Source of the DNA: a bacterium
GTDB lineage: Bacteria > UBA10199 > 2-02-FULL-44-16 > JAAZCA01
Length of the DNA stretch: 64,000 nucleotides
Assembly (NCBI GenBank): GCA_963674695.2
Contig: CAXXGI010000003.1
Span: 640,001 to 704,000 of the forward strand
Direction of reading: 5' to 3'
Positions 40,981-50,568 of the stretch are shown one piece after another. A model generated the notes under the pieces. The model made no database searches. It saw nothing but the letters and a program-made list of their open reading frames with translations, and was not told the origin of the DNA. The translations under genes and the position numbers were made by a program. Every line of letters begins with the position of its first letter. The stretch's first letter is position 1.

Positions 40981-41655
40981 ATGGTTGATGTTATGAGCAA
41001 AACAGAGCTAAATACAAAGGTATCTACAATTCGCCCACGCGATGAGGCCACGGAGCCGAAAACGCCGGGCACGCAAGAAGAACCCATTTCGATCCTGGGG
41101 GACAGCTACCAGGACGGCACGGGAAATGCCTTCAAGGGGCTCGTCGATGGACAACCCTCATTCAAGGCTGAGGCGATCGAGCCGGCGCTCATCGGCGAGC
41201 TGATCGAATATGCCGATAATGCGAGTGCCTCCGACGGAAAAGATCCGATGCAAGCCCTCTTGGGTTCGATGATGTTCGACGGCCTGGGCGGGATCCGCAG
41301 CGGACAGAGCCTGCACTCAACGGGAGAAATACCCTATGTCCCTGATCTTGTTCAGGATATCTTTCGCACCGATCCGGGACAGCAGCTCGAGATGCTGCCC
41401 GTCGTGGAGCGCTATGTCGGCCTGGAGCAGATGATCACCGCGCTGATCAAGGAGACCGAGCTCTCGCTCCACCCGCGAAACGCCAGCAACATGACCACGC
41501 TCGAGATCCGCGATCGGGGCCAACACCTGCGCGAACTCAATGAGGCGCTCTGCACCTGCCGCGAGCAGCTCCAGAAAGCCCGCTATTACAACAGCTGGGA
41601 CAAGGCCGACCGGGCCGCGGCCTATCGCGAAGACTATCCGGAACTCTTCGATTGA
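40981..41655 (+). CDS. Hypothetical helical protein
   Basis: AAGGA RBS; 224 aa open frame; low-complexity N-terminus and C-terminal coiled coil; no family recognised; start may be 40993. Confidence 0.7.
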   Translation: MVDVMSKTELNTKVSTIRPRDEATEPKTPGTQEEPISILGDSYQDGTGNAFKGLVDGQPSFKAEAIEPALIGELIEYADNASASDGKDPMQALLGSMMFDGLGGIRSGQSLHSTGEIPYVPDLVQDIFRTDPGQQLEMLPVVERYVGLEQMITALIKETELSLHPRNASNMTTLEIRDRGQHLRELNEALCTCREQLQKARYYNSWDKADRAAAYREDYPELFD

Positions 41656-41934
41656 AGAGACCGCTAAAGAGTCCTATGCGCCGCCGCGAGGGGAAATCAG
41701 AACAAGCTTCATCTGTGAAGCCCGGGAGGCGGCAGAAAAGCTCCCGATTTGAGATATGCCGTACGTTACGAGAACCTGATCTCCCCACCCTCTTCCGATC
41801 AATGCTGGTGACTTCTTCCCCCAACAGGCGACTCATCCCCACAGTTTATATGCCCCCACCCGCACGACAACGGAACATTGCCATATTTTATCAATAAATA
41901 CAGACACTTAAAAAAGCTCTCTACAGCCCCCCGT

Positions 41935-41950
41935 TGGCAACGTTCTTGCA
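41935..41950 (+). promoter_or_regulatory. Putative sigma-54 promoter
   Basis: TGGCAACGTTCTTGCA, GG-N10-GC, preceded by an AT-rich tract, 35 nt before the ATG at 41986. Confidence 0.75.
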
Positions 41951-41985
41951 ATACCTCATGCTGGGGAAACACTCACGAGGGAATA

Positions 41986-44415
41986 ATGCAGATCAAGGCT
42001 TCGACATTCAAGACCAACACCGTCGATTCCACCGGGAGCACCGGTGCGGCGGATGCGGCGCAGCAGGAAGAGGCCCTCAACGGCTCGATCGAGGACTTCT
42101 TCACCAGCGACGTCGATGGAACCGATTCCAGCTCGATGACCGGAAACGCCGATCCGCTCGATGACTATACGCTGGGCGATCTCGGCGGCGGCACGACCGG
42201 CGCCGGCAGCAGCACCACCGGGCTCGAGGGAATCGTCCCCGATATCAACACCCTGATCGAAAACGTCCCACACGCGCGCGACTATCTGGATATCGTCAAA
42301 GTGCGCTACGAACAGCTTCACGAGGATCTCAGCACGCTCAAAATCCAGTACGAACAGGCGATCAAGTCGGGAACGCTGAGCACCGATCAAATCGCCGAGC
42401 TGCAGGGAAAGCTCGCCACGCTCGCAATCGAGATCTCCTTCTGCAGCAATCAGCTCCAGAAGATCCCCGATCTCATGTCAACGGACGCGGCCATCTATGA
42501 GAAGGAACTCAAGACCGCCACCGACTGGAACAACGACAACTGGATCGGACGACCGGCGTTTCGCGGTTCACTGCGCATCGTGGAGTGCGCCGATGGAAGC
42601 CTGACCCATCTCGACGCCATGACCGGAAAACCCGTGCCCACGCCAACGACCTGCCCCGACTATCAGGCGCAGATCACCTCGGGCGATGGACTCAATCTCG
42701 CTACAGAGCCTGATGCCGAGCACATGAATGACATCAGCTTCGACTCCGACACCGGGCGCATCACCACGATGGACGGAAATCTGCTGGTTGACCTGAACCT
42801 CAGCATCGATGCGTATGCCACCAATCGCAACGGACTCGGCAACGACGATAATTTCAATCGCATCGACCTGGGCGTGCCGGAATACTTCTGGGTGGAACGG
42901 GACCTGGATGTGGATGGCTTCTATGCCTTTGAAGATCCGAACGAGGTCGAGGAGTATCGCCTCAAACTCTACAATAAGTGGGACGATTCCGATGGCATTC
43001 GCCAGAAGGTCCCGGAGAATCGCTCCGACTACCTCCAGGTGCAGGTCACCAAGGTCGTCATGCGGTCGGTGGAAATCGACGATGACTCTGGCGTCGCCCA
43101 TCACTACGTCGAATACTTCGGCAACGTCGATGGCGCCGAGACGCTCATCTGCCGCATGCGCATCGAGGGGCAGGAAGAGAGCGCCGAACACCCCGCCGCG
43201 CACAACGGCTACATCGCCGCCTCGACAGTCGGCTTTCACCTGCATGGCAAGGAACGGGCGACCCCTGTCGAGGTCAACGCGACGGGCATGATTTCCACCG
43301 GGCGAAGCATTTTCAAGAAAGACATTCCTGACGAGGGCGTGACAATCGGTGACTTTAGCGCCCCCAGCGATGCAGGAGGAGAGAGAGCCTGGAAGGAAAA
43401 TGTCGAATCATTCTATGGCAACACGCCGACGAGTTGTATCCGGAAGGATGGCAACAGCACTGAAGTCGCATGGACGAACGATAGCGATGCTGCTTGGGGA
43501 TGGAATGGTATCGACTATGGCAATTACAACGATTGCTATGTCACGACAGGCATGGAAAATGTCATCGACACTCAAGGTGCCACGCTCTCGACGGTGAAGA
43601 CGGGGTTGGTCGTCACGGGGCTTCGCGGCGACTTCAAGCTCACCAACTATAACGACTGGGTCGAGATCCCGGACGTGAACGAGCCCAACGCGTGGACCGA
43701 AGAGCACATGCCGAGAAACGTCGATCGCATCATGAAGGGAGACCCCTTCGACCACACGTTCGTCGATTCGCAGAACGGCAACGACGTGGTCATCTCCGGC
43801 ACCGGCACGAACTACATCTTCGGCGCCACCTGCGTTCTGGGAAAAGGCGACCACAACACCACGACCTATATCGCGCCACCCAACGGTGTCGGCGGCAAGG
43901 AAGGCCATCAGCGCATCACTGAGAATGCCCGTGTCTTCATAGATGTACGTGGAAACGGCACGACACAGGTCGACAACGTCCTGGAATGGGATGATAAAGC
44001 ATACGCCGAAGCGGCCTATGCCGACGATGGCACCGAAGGCAGTTCAAACTACGATGCCTCAAATGGCTATGACAAGATTGAAGACCTTTATGACGATGAC
44101 GACTATTTCTATGTCGAGGGAACAGCACAGTTCACCAATGATAGTGATCAGGATATTGCCGAGGGCAGTCACACCGGCTCCGGCGCGATGGATGAAGCCA
44201 CGATGCGCATGGAATACGCTGACGCCATGCAGGCCTGGCTCGACGAGCTCTACAAAATACCCGAGGTCGACCAGGCCGCGATCGAGTCGGACTGGAGCGA
44301 CGTGACGCAGCAGACTGCGGCCCTCAACGAGGAACTGGACAGCTTTTTCGACTGCTGGGGGGACATCCTCGGCGAGTTTGACGATGCAGCATTTATCATG
44401 GGCGACGACCTCTGA
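41986..44415 (+). CDS. Large, highly acidic hypothetical protein without a signal peptide (candidate secreted/Ca-binding protein)
   Basis: GAGGG RBS; D/E/T/G-rich; N-terminal coiled coil; DWNNDNWIG Ca-loop-like motif; degenerate RTX-like SQNGNDVVISGTGTNYIFG. Confidence 0.8.
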   Translation: MQIKASTFKTNTVDSTGSTGAADAAQQEEALNGSIEDFFTSDVDGTDSSSMTGNADPLDDYTLGDLGGGTTGAGSSTTGLEGIVPDINTLIENVPHARDYLDIVKVRYEQLHEDLSTLKIQYEQAIKSGTLSTDQIAELQGKLATLAIEISFCSNQLQKIPDLMSTDAAIYEKELKTATDWNNDNWIGRPAFRGSLRIVECADGSLTHLDAMTGKPVPTPTTCPDYQAQITSGDGLNLATEPDAEHMNDISFDSDTGRITTMDGNLLVDLNLSIDAYATNRNGLGNDDNFNRIDLGVPEYFWVERDLDVDGFYAFEDPNEVEEYRLKLYNKWDDSDGIRQKVPENRSDYLQVQVTKVVMRSVEIDDDSGVAHHYVEYFGNVDGAETLICRMRIEGQEESAEHPAAHNGYIAASTVGFHLHGKERATPVEVNATGMISTGRSIFKKDIPDEGVTIGDFSAPSDAGGERAWKENVESFYGNTPTSCIRKDGNSTEVAWTNDSDAAWGWNGIDYGNYNDCYVTTGMENVIDTQGATLSTVKTGLVVTGLRGDFKLTNYNDWVEIPDVNEPNAWTEEHMPRNVDRIMKGDPFDHTFVDSQNGNDVVISGTGTNYIFGATCVLGKGDHNTTTYIAPPNGVGGKEGHQRITENARVFIDVRGNGTTQVDNVLEWDDKAYAEAAYADDGTEGSSNYDASNGYDKIEDLYDDDDYFYVEGTAQFTNDSDQDIAEGSHTGSGAMDEATMRMEYADAMQAWLDELYKIPEVDQAAIESDWSDVTQQTAALNEELDSFFDCWGDILGEFDDAAFIMGDDL

Positions 44416-44436
44416 GGGGGATGAGAGGAACGAATT

Positions 44437-46641
44437 ATGGTGCGGATCAATAGCGCGCAATTCAAAGCAAACGACATCGGTGGCAACGAGGCAACTCGTT
44501 CGCAGCTCCTGGCCGATCTTCAGGCGGCCATCGCCGAGATCGAGGATTATCTCGACCATTACGAGGAGATCCTCTCCGAGGAGCAGCTCTTCGAGGCCCA
44601 GCGCATCAGCATGATGCTCAAAGCCGAGTCGTCCGCGATCGCTGCCTACGGCATGGGCGGAAGCGGTGGTGGAGCGGGTTCGGTCGACGGCGATGCATCC
44701 AGCTGGGTGGATCTGCCGCAGAATCTCAACGACGGATGGGAAGACAACGGCGTTCCGGCAGACAATATCAACCAGTATGCGGATGAACCGCAGCTCGACA
44801 ACTGGGATGACGACCGCTATGGCGAATACGCAGGCACGGTCGAGATCAGCAACAGCGGCAATCCGAACGATCCGACCTCGATCGGGTTTCAGATGTACGA
44901 CTCCGAGGAACACGGCGAGATGCAGTCGCTCACGGGTGAATCACGCGGCCGCGACATCATCATCACCGTCACCTTCGAGGATGGACACCGGGAATCCTGG
45001 GTCGTGCGCGAAGCCACGGTGCGCCCGGAACCGATCATCATCTCCGCACTCGGCCTGAACCACAAAGTCAGCATCGATATGAGTCACTGCCTGCGCGTGA
45101 GCGACGGGTCCTACACCGGCTACGATTATGGTACTCGCAGCGGATTCTACATCTACGGCACCGAATATGACGACATCCTCCGCGGCTCCATGGCCGACGA
45201 CGGCATCGTGGGTCTAGCGGGTAACGACGAGATCTACGGCATGGCGGGCAACGACACGCTCTACGGCGATGAGGCTTATGCGTATGCCGGCCAGCAGAAC
45301 GAGGAGTACGGCGGCCGCGATCGCGTGATCGGCGGCGCCGGAAGCGACACCATCTTTGGCGGTGGCAAGATCGACGAATACTCCGCCGCCGACCTGAATG
45401 ATGCATCCGGCGTCATCAACGAATGCGAAACGAAGATCAACGACGAAACGAGCACCCAGGATCTCGAAGAAATCCGCAATATTCTCAACGGTGGCTCTTC
45501 CGAGACGGATACGATGGGCAACGGCTGGCGGGCCTCCGTCGAGGGGGGCGAAGTCGTCATCAAGAACATCGGCGACGGCAGCGGCGGCGAGATCGAGATC
45601 AACATGAATTATCTCCCCGACGGCTACAACATGTGCTACGGCGAGCGCAATGCCGACGGCTCGCTCTCCCTCACCTTTGTGGGCTTCGATGAGGAAGGCA
45701 ACTCCATCTCCTTTACGATGCGGATCGAGAACTTCTTCGGCAGCTTCGGCGACAACGATGACCCCGACTCAGCGCTCGTGCATCTGCACATCGTCGGCAC
45801 GGATGAAGACGACATCATCGACATGAGCCAGGTGCAGGTCGATGCCAGCCAGACGATCTCGTTCGATCTGGGCGAAGGCGTGGACATCGGCCTGGGCGCG
45901 CGCAACAAACTCATGGCCGAGGGGATCGACATCGATGACCTGGTCAACGGTCGCAGCCAGGGCAATTCATCCGGAACGGCCAACCACTACATCAGCGACG
46001 GCGTCTTCGCCTATGACGACGAAGAAACGATGAATGGGGTCATGGGCTATGAAGACGAGAATGGCGACGACCATGCCGGTTCGCTCACGACCACGGCGAA
46101 CGCCGACGGATCGATTACGATCGATGGTAATGGCACTGCAGACAACCCCCTCCCCGAGACGCTCAACATCCGCGTCCCCGAGGAGTACACGCACGGCTAC
46201 ATGGCCAATGGCGGTGACGGTTATTACTATCTGATCCTCGTCGCCCCCGGCAATCCGGCCAAGACCATGGTCATCAAGATCGATAAGGGCCTTTACGATG
46301 ACGCCGGATGGTCGCTCGGCGATGTGATGCTCTTCCGGGAGATGGCGGCGGAGGAAGGCGACGGCTTCGACTTCATCCAGGAGAAAGTCGATATCGAATA
46401 CATCAGCATCGACTTCGACGATTACGAGCTCAGCGGTGGAGAAAACGATGGCGAATACGATCTGATCTTCACGCAGAGCAGCAAGCGCGTCGCGGAAGAA
46501 GCCGAGGATGATGTCATCGAAGGCGATTACAACGGAAACGGCGGGAGTCAGACCGGGCGCACCGAGCGCGTTGAAACGCCGGAGAGCGAGAATGAGGAAG
46601 AAGTCGAAGACGAAGATAGTGAAGATGGCGAAGGCGAGTGA
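44437..46641 (+). CDS. Highly acidic protein with RTX/hemolysin-type Ca-binding repeats and no signal peptide
   Basis: GTEYDDILRG, GLAGNDEIYGMAGNDTLYG, GGAGSDTIFGG; N-terminal helical hairpin; Glu/Asp tail. Confidence 0.85.
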   Translation: MVRINSAQFKANDIGGNEATRSQLLADLQAAIAEIEDYLDHYEEILSEEQLFEAQRISMMLKAESSAIAAYGMGGSGGGAGSVDGDASSWVDLPQNLNDGWEDNGVPADNINQYADEPQLDNWDDDRYGEYAGTVEISNSGNPNDPTSIGFQMYDSEEHGEMQSLTGESRGRDIIITVTFEDGHRESWVVREATVRPEPIIISALGLNHKVSIDMSHCLRVSDGSYTGYDYGTRSGFYIYGTEYDDILRGSMADDGIVGLAGNDEIYGMAGNDTLYGDEAYAYAGQQNEEYGGRDRVIGGAGSDTIFGGGKIDEYSAADLNDASGVINECETKINDETSTQDLEEIRNILNGGSSETDTMGNGWRASVEGGEVVIKNIGDGSGGEIEINMNYLPDGYNMCYGERNADGSLSLTFVGFDEEGNSISFTMRIENFFGSFGDNDDPDSALVHLHIVGTDEDDIIDMSQVQVDASQTISFDLGEGVDIGLGARNKLMAEGIDIDDLVNGRSQGNSSGTANHYISDGVFAYDDEETMNGVMGYEDENGDDHAGSLTTTANADGSITIDGNGTADNPLPETLNIRVPEEYTHGYMANGGDGYYYLILVAPGNPAKTMVIKIDKGLYDDAGWSLGDVMLFREMAAEEGDGFDFIQEKVDIEYISIDFDDYELSGGENDGEYDLIFTQSSKRVAEEAEDDVIEGDYNGNGGSQTGRTERVETPESENEEEVEDEDSEDGEGE

Positions 46642-46665
46642 CCCATAGCAACAGCGTCAATACAC

Positions 46666-46694
46666 AAGGCCGGGCATATGCCCGGCCTTTTTTT
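46666..46694 (+). terminator. Intrinsic terminator after the RTX-like gene
   Basis: AAGGCCGGGCA-ta-TGCCCGGCCTT followed by a T run. Confidence 0.85.
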
Positions 46695-46712
46695 GGTAAC
46701 AAACCCTGCCGT

Positions 46713-46867
46713 TGTCATCCCCGTCCCCGATTGAATCACTCGAGGACAGGCTCCAGCGGGGATCTCGATGAACTTAGCTTTGTCATCCCCGTGGAAACGG
46801 GGATCTCGATTGATCATTACAATCGAGATTCCCGCTTTCGCGGGAATGACAACCTCAGGGGATGACA
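46713..46867. repeat. REP cluster (family A), overlapping the truA stop codon
   Basis: TGTCATCCCCG...GGGGATCTCG; TGTCATCCCCGTGGAAACGGGGATCTCG...CGAGATTCCCGCTTTCGCGGGAATGACA; GGGGATGACA remnant. Confidence 0.82.
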
Positions 46868-47607
46868 GCATCCTTGTACAACACCTCCATCAAGTACAAC
46901 CCACAGGCCGGGGCGCAGGGCATGTCCATGGGGCGCGCGCGCGCATCGCGGATGCACGCGACATCAGCAGGTGAACGCTTGCCCTGCCCCACCTCGACGA
47001 GACATCCGACGATATTGCGGATCATGTGGCGCACAAAGCCGTTCCCCTCGACCGTGATGACCAGCTCGTCCCGCTCTGGCTCGATAGCCATTCGCGTGAT
47101 CGTGCGCACCGCATCCCTGGCCCCGCAGCCGGCCGCACGAAAGCTCTCATAGTCATGCGTCCCAACGAGGGCATCCGCCGCCGCCTGCATCGCCTCCGCA
47201 TCGAGCGCACGCTCCAAGCGCCAGACGCGCCCCTCCCGCAGCGGCCTCCGAACGCGATCGATGAGCAAACGATATTGATAGCGCTTGCCCCGCGCATCGC
47301 GCCGCGCGTTAAAACCTGCCGCTGCCGCACAAGCCCCACGCACCGCAATATCGGGGGGGAGGATTCCGTTGAGACCGCCGACGAACCCCTCGGGCGGGAT
47401 GGAGCTCTGCGTCTCGAAATGCGCCACCTGCGCAACGGCATGCACGCCGGCGTCGGTCCGCCCTGCGCCCTGGAGATTATTCCCCTCCCCCGTCATCTGG
47501 CGGACCGCTTCCTGCACGCACCCCTGAATCGAAACACCGTTAGGCTGAATCTGCCAACCGACGTAATTCGCTCCGTCGTAGCTGAGTGTGAGTTTAATGG
47601 TGTGCAT
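46855..47607 (-). CDS. truA: tRNA pseudouridine(38-40) synthase
   Basis: IKLTLSYDGANYVGWQIQ, GAGRTDAGVHA, GNGFVRHMIRNIVG, APACGLYL. Confidence 0.96.
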   Translation of the reverse strand: MHTIKLTLSYDGANYVGWQIQPNGVSIQGCVQEAVRQMTGEGNNLQGAGRTDAGVHAVAQVAHFETQSSIPPEGFVGGLNGILPPDIAVRGACAAAAGFNARRDARGKRYQYRLLIDRVRRPLREGRVWRLERALDAEAMQAAADALVGTHDYESFRAAGCGARDAVRTITRMAIEPERDELVITVEGNGFVRHMIRNIVGCLVEVGQGKRSPADVACIRDARARPMDMPCAPACGLYLMEVLYKDAVIP

Positions 47608-47643
47608 GGTTGATAGGCACTTCTCAAAACGTGGCATATTGTT

Positions 47644-47714
47644 TGTCATCCCCGTGGAAACGGGGATCTCGATGTTTCGTACCAATCGAGATTCCCGCTT
47701 TCGCGGGAATGACA
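47644..47714. repeat. REP doublet (family A)
   Basis: TGTCATCCCCGTGGAAACGGGGATCTCG-atgtttcgtaccaat-CGAGATTCCCGCTTTCGCGGGAATGACA. Confidence 0.85.
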
Positions 47715-47722
47715 AAACCACA

Positions 47723-50419
47723 TCAAAATTCAAACAGGATGCCGACCGAGTAGAGCTGGCCGGAGAGGTCTAGGCCGCCGCCGCCGAAGTTGTTGATCCA
47801 GCGATATTCCGCCTCGAAGGTGACGAAGAGGTCGTTCACGCCCCAGTCGTTATCCAACTCGACACTCACCCCGGCGATCTCGCCGACATTGAGCATGACG
47901 CCGCCCGTGCCGTGCAGGCCGTACTTCATGCCCTGCACCGAACCGCCGGAGAGGCCCTGGCGAAAGTAGACATAATCGATTCCCGTCTTGAGATACGGGA
48001 TGAGATAGCGCCAGGTGAAATAGTCGGCGCGCCAGACAAAGCTCGTTTCGATCGGAATGAGGATCAGATTGAACTTTTGCTGGGCCGTTCGCCCCGAGGT
48101 CATACCGACGGCCGTTGCGGACTTATAAAAAAAACCGACCCCCAACTCGACACCATAGCGCTTCTGAAAGAGCAACCCTCCCTGCAGGCGTGTAATCAGG
48201 TTACAGCAATTTCCGAAGAAGCCCTTCACCACATTGTTCTGCGGCAGCCAAAAACCGGTCTTCATCTCGAAAGACCCGAGCTGTCGGGACTCGGTATACC
48301 CCCGATCGATGGCGGCGATATCGCGCTCCTGAACGCCCTGGGCCTGCGCCAAGAGGGGAACGAGAATAATACAAACAAGGATGAATACCCCTAAAAAGCC
48401 TCTTTTTCGCCTGTCACTCCCGGCCGTTTTCAATCGAGATCCCCGATTCAAGCACTCGGGGATGACACCAAAAAGAAAACCATTCCCTCTTCGACGCGCC
48501 AAACGTGCCATCAGGAGAAAAGCAAATGCCATCAGCGGCCAGAGTGGCAGCGGATATCGCGAGCCCTTCGGCAGAAGGCCACACCCCTTCTCGCCGAGCA
48601 ACTGCGCCGGGCCGACCGTCTGTTCGGGCACCCCCGTCGCCACGCTTCCATCGGCGAACGTGTTCGTGCGCGCCTCGCTCTTATTGCCGTTCAGATCCAC
48701 CGCCTCCATAGCGATGTAATAGGTCGCCCCATTGGTGAGCCCCGTGGCCTCGCCCGTGAGCGTCGATGCTGTTCCCTGGGCAGTGGTACCCGAGACATCC
48801 GACTTCGTCATCACCGCCGCCGCATCGGTATCAGCATAGATGTTATAATGCGACATGTCGGCCACATCGATCCGGTCGAAGTTGACATAGACCCGATTGG
48901 TACCGAACCCCGTGGAACGCATCGTCACGTTCGGCGGCGGCGTATCGACCGTGAGCGTCGTGGCGCGACGCCCGCGATTATCGCCCACCGTCACGAAGAC
49001 AAAGATATCGTTGGTGCCCTCCTCGAAGGCTGCCGAATTACCATCGTAGTTGAAGGTGACCGTCGTATCGGTTTCAGCCGGCGTCGTACCGGAGCTGGCA
49101 CCGCTGTCATCGACGAGCAGAGTGCCGCTGGCATCGACCGAACCGTTCGCGCGCACCTCATAGGTATACGACGTTCCGTCGACGGCATCCGGCGAGCTGA
49201 AGGAAAAGACAATCGTAAAGCTCTCGTGCTGCCCGAGCGTGGTCCCCCCGCTCGAATAGGTGAGCGACGAGATCACCACCAACGGGGAGGCCGAGATGAG
49301 ACCGACGTCCTGGTTCGAATCCGAGACATAGACGTTGCCGTCGGTGGAACTCGAGGCCTGCAGCAGGAGCGGTTCGGTGGTCATCTCGATCGGTTCACCA
49401 TCCTGATCGGGATCGACCCCCATATCGAGCAATTCATCGTCGTTTGTATTGATGACGGAGACGCCGCCGTTGGTCCCGGCGATCCCCGCACCCGACACAT
49501 AGGCATACGTCGCCGTGGGATTGACCACCGAGGTGATCACGACATCGGTCGGATCGGAGTTGGTCACGACGCTGTCCACCAGAAAGCTGATCGTGGCGGT
49601 GACCGCATGCGTCGAGGTGGAGATCCGGACGACCTCATCGGTGTCAGTCCCGCTCGTGTCATTGGTCACATAGAGAAAGGTGCCGTTTGGACCGACGTCG
49701 ATCGCGGTGAGCGTCTCACCCGTGGTGATGTCGATGATCGTCGCCGACGTACCGTCCTTGGCGATATAAAAGACGACCCCCGCGTCGGTCGTGAAATAGG
49801 CCTCCGTCATGTCGACCACCCAGACGGCATCCGTAATCGTATAATTGCTCACGGCCGGAATCGTCACCGTGACCGTGCGCGTGATCTCCTGCGTGAGGAG
49901 GTTGACCACATGCACGGAGCCATCGCCGTTGTTGGCCACATAGGCCTCGCCGTTGGCCGCATCGATCACGACGGGACCGAGCTTCTTGTCTTCGGCGAGC
50001 GTGACGCTCACGGGAGTCGCGGTGATATCGGAGAGCAGGAAGAAGAGGATATCCCCGTCCTCCTGGCTGGCCACGAGTTGATTGCGCCCTGAATCGTAGC
50101 CCAGGCCCGCGAGCACGCCGTCGGTTTCATCATCGGCACTCAGCGCCGGCGGCTGATCCGTCTCCAGGGCATACAACCCCGTATCGATGAGTTTGAGCGT
50201 CTCGCCGTAGCTCACCGCCAGGCGCTGATCGGTAAAGAGGAGAAAGTTCTGCACCGTCGCGCCGAGACCAAAATCAAAGGGAGGATTGGCATCGCTCGCA
50301 CCCAGGACCTCGTCGTCGGGGAAGGCGACACCCGTTCGAGGGAGGATAACAAGACACAGCAGCACGGCCAGCACCGCCAGGAACCGCACCCATCTCTGTT
50401 GTATCGATACCGTCCGCAT
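47723..50419 (-). CDS. Composite surface protein: YncE/YVTN-like beta-propeller + Ig/FN3 + CTERM-like anchor + internal signal peptide + outer-membrane beta-barrel (resembles a fused MXAN_2561/MXAN_2562-type pair)
   Basis: N-terminal signal ending TGVA; AYVANNGDGSVHVVN-type blades; GLTNGATYYIAMEAVD (FN3); KGCGLL..LWPLMAFAFLLMARLARRR; RRKRGFLGVFILVCIILVPLLAQA; alternating beta strands ending GILFEF. Confidence 0.8.
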   Translation of the reverse strand: MRTVSIQQRWVRFLAVLAVLLCLVILPRTGVAFPDDEVLGASDANPPFDFGLGATVQNFLLFTDQRLAVSYGETLKLIDTGLYALETDQPPALSADDETDGVLAGLGYDSGRNQLVASQEDGDILFFLLSDITATPVSVTLAEDKKLGPVVIDAANGEAYVANNGDGSVHVVNLLTQEITRTVTVTIPAVSNYTITDAVWVVDMTEAYFTTDAGVVFYIAKDGTSATIIDITTGETLTAIDVGPNGTFLYVTNDTSGTDTDEVVRISTSTHAVTATISFLVDSVVTNSDPTDVVITSVVNPTATYAYVSGAGIAGTNGGVSVINTNDDELLDMGVDPDQDGEPIEMTTEPLLLQASSSTDGNVYVSDSNQDVGLISASPLVVISSLTYSSGGTTLGQHESFTIVFSFSSPDAVDGTSYTYEVRANGSVDASGTLLVDDSGASSGTTPAETDTTVTFNYDGNSAAFEEGTNDIFVFVTVGDNRGRRATTLTVDTPPPNVTMRSTGFGTNRVYVNFDRIDVADMSHYNIYADTDAAAVMTKSDVSGTTAQGTASTLTGEATGLTNGATYYIAMEAVDLNGNKSEARTNTFADGSVATGVPEQTVGPAQLLGEKGCGLLPKGSRYPLPLWPLMAFAFLLMARLARRRGNGFLFGVIPECLNRGSRLKTAGSDRRKRGFLGVFILVCIILVPLLAQAQGVQERDIAAIDRGYTESRQLGSFEMKTGFWLPQNNVVKGFFGNCCNLITRLQGGLLFQKRYGVELGVGFFYKSATAVGMTSGRTAQQKFNLILIPIETSFVWRADYFTWRYLIPYLKTGIDYVYFRQGLSGGSVQGMKYGLHGTGGVMLNVGEIAGVSVELDNDWGVNDLFVTFEAEYRWINNFGGGGLDLSGQLYSVGILFEF
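48412..48467. repeat. REP-family element inside the coding sequence
   Basis: TGTCACTCCCGG...ATCGAGATCCCCGATTCAAGCACTCGGGGATGACA; same subfamily as the intergenic copy at about 3728-3757. Confidence 0.75.
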
Positions 50420-50439
50420 ACGCCTCATTTTCCGAAGGG

Positions 50440-50545
50440 TGTCATTCCCGCGTAAGCGGGAATCTCGATTTTTCCAGCTCCACCGAGATCCCCGCTTTCG
50501 CGGGGATGACAATGCCAAGGGGTGTCATTCCCGCCCAAGCGGGGA
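50440..50545. repeat. REP doublet plus half copy (family A)
   Basis: TGTCATTCCCGCGTAAGCGGGAATCTCG...CGAGATCCCCGCTTTCGCGGGGATGACA; TGTCATTCCCGCCCAAGCGGGGA. Confidence 0.82.
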
Positions 50546-50568
50546 GAAACCAAGTCCCCAGAACCACA

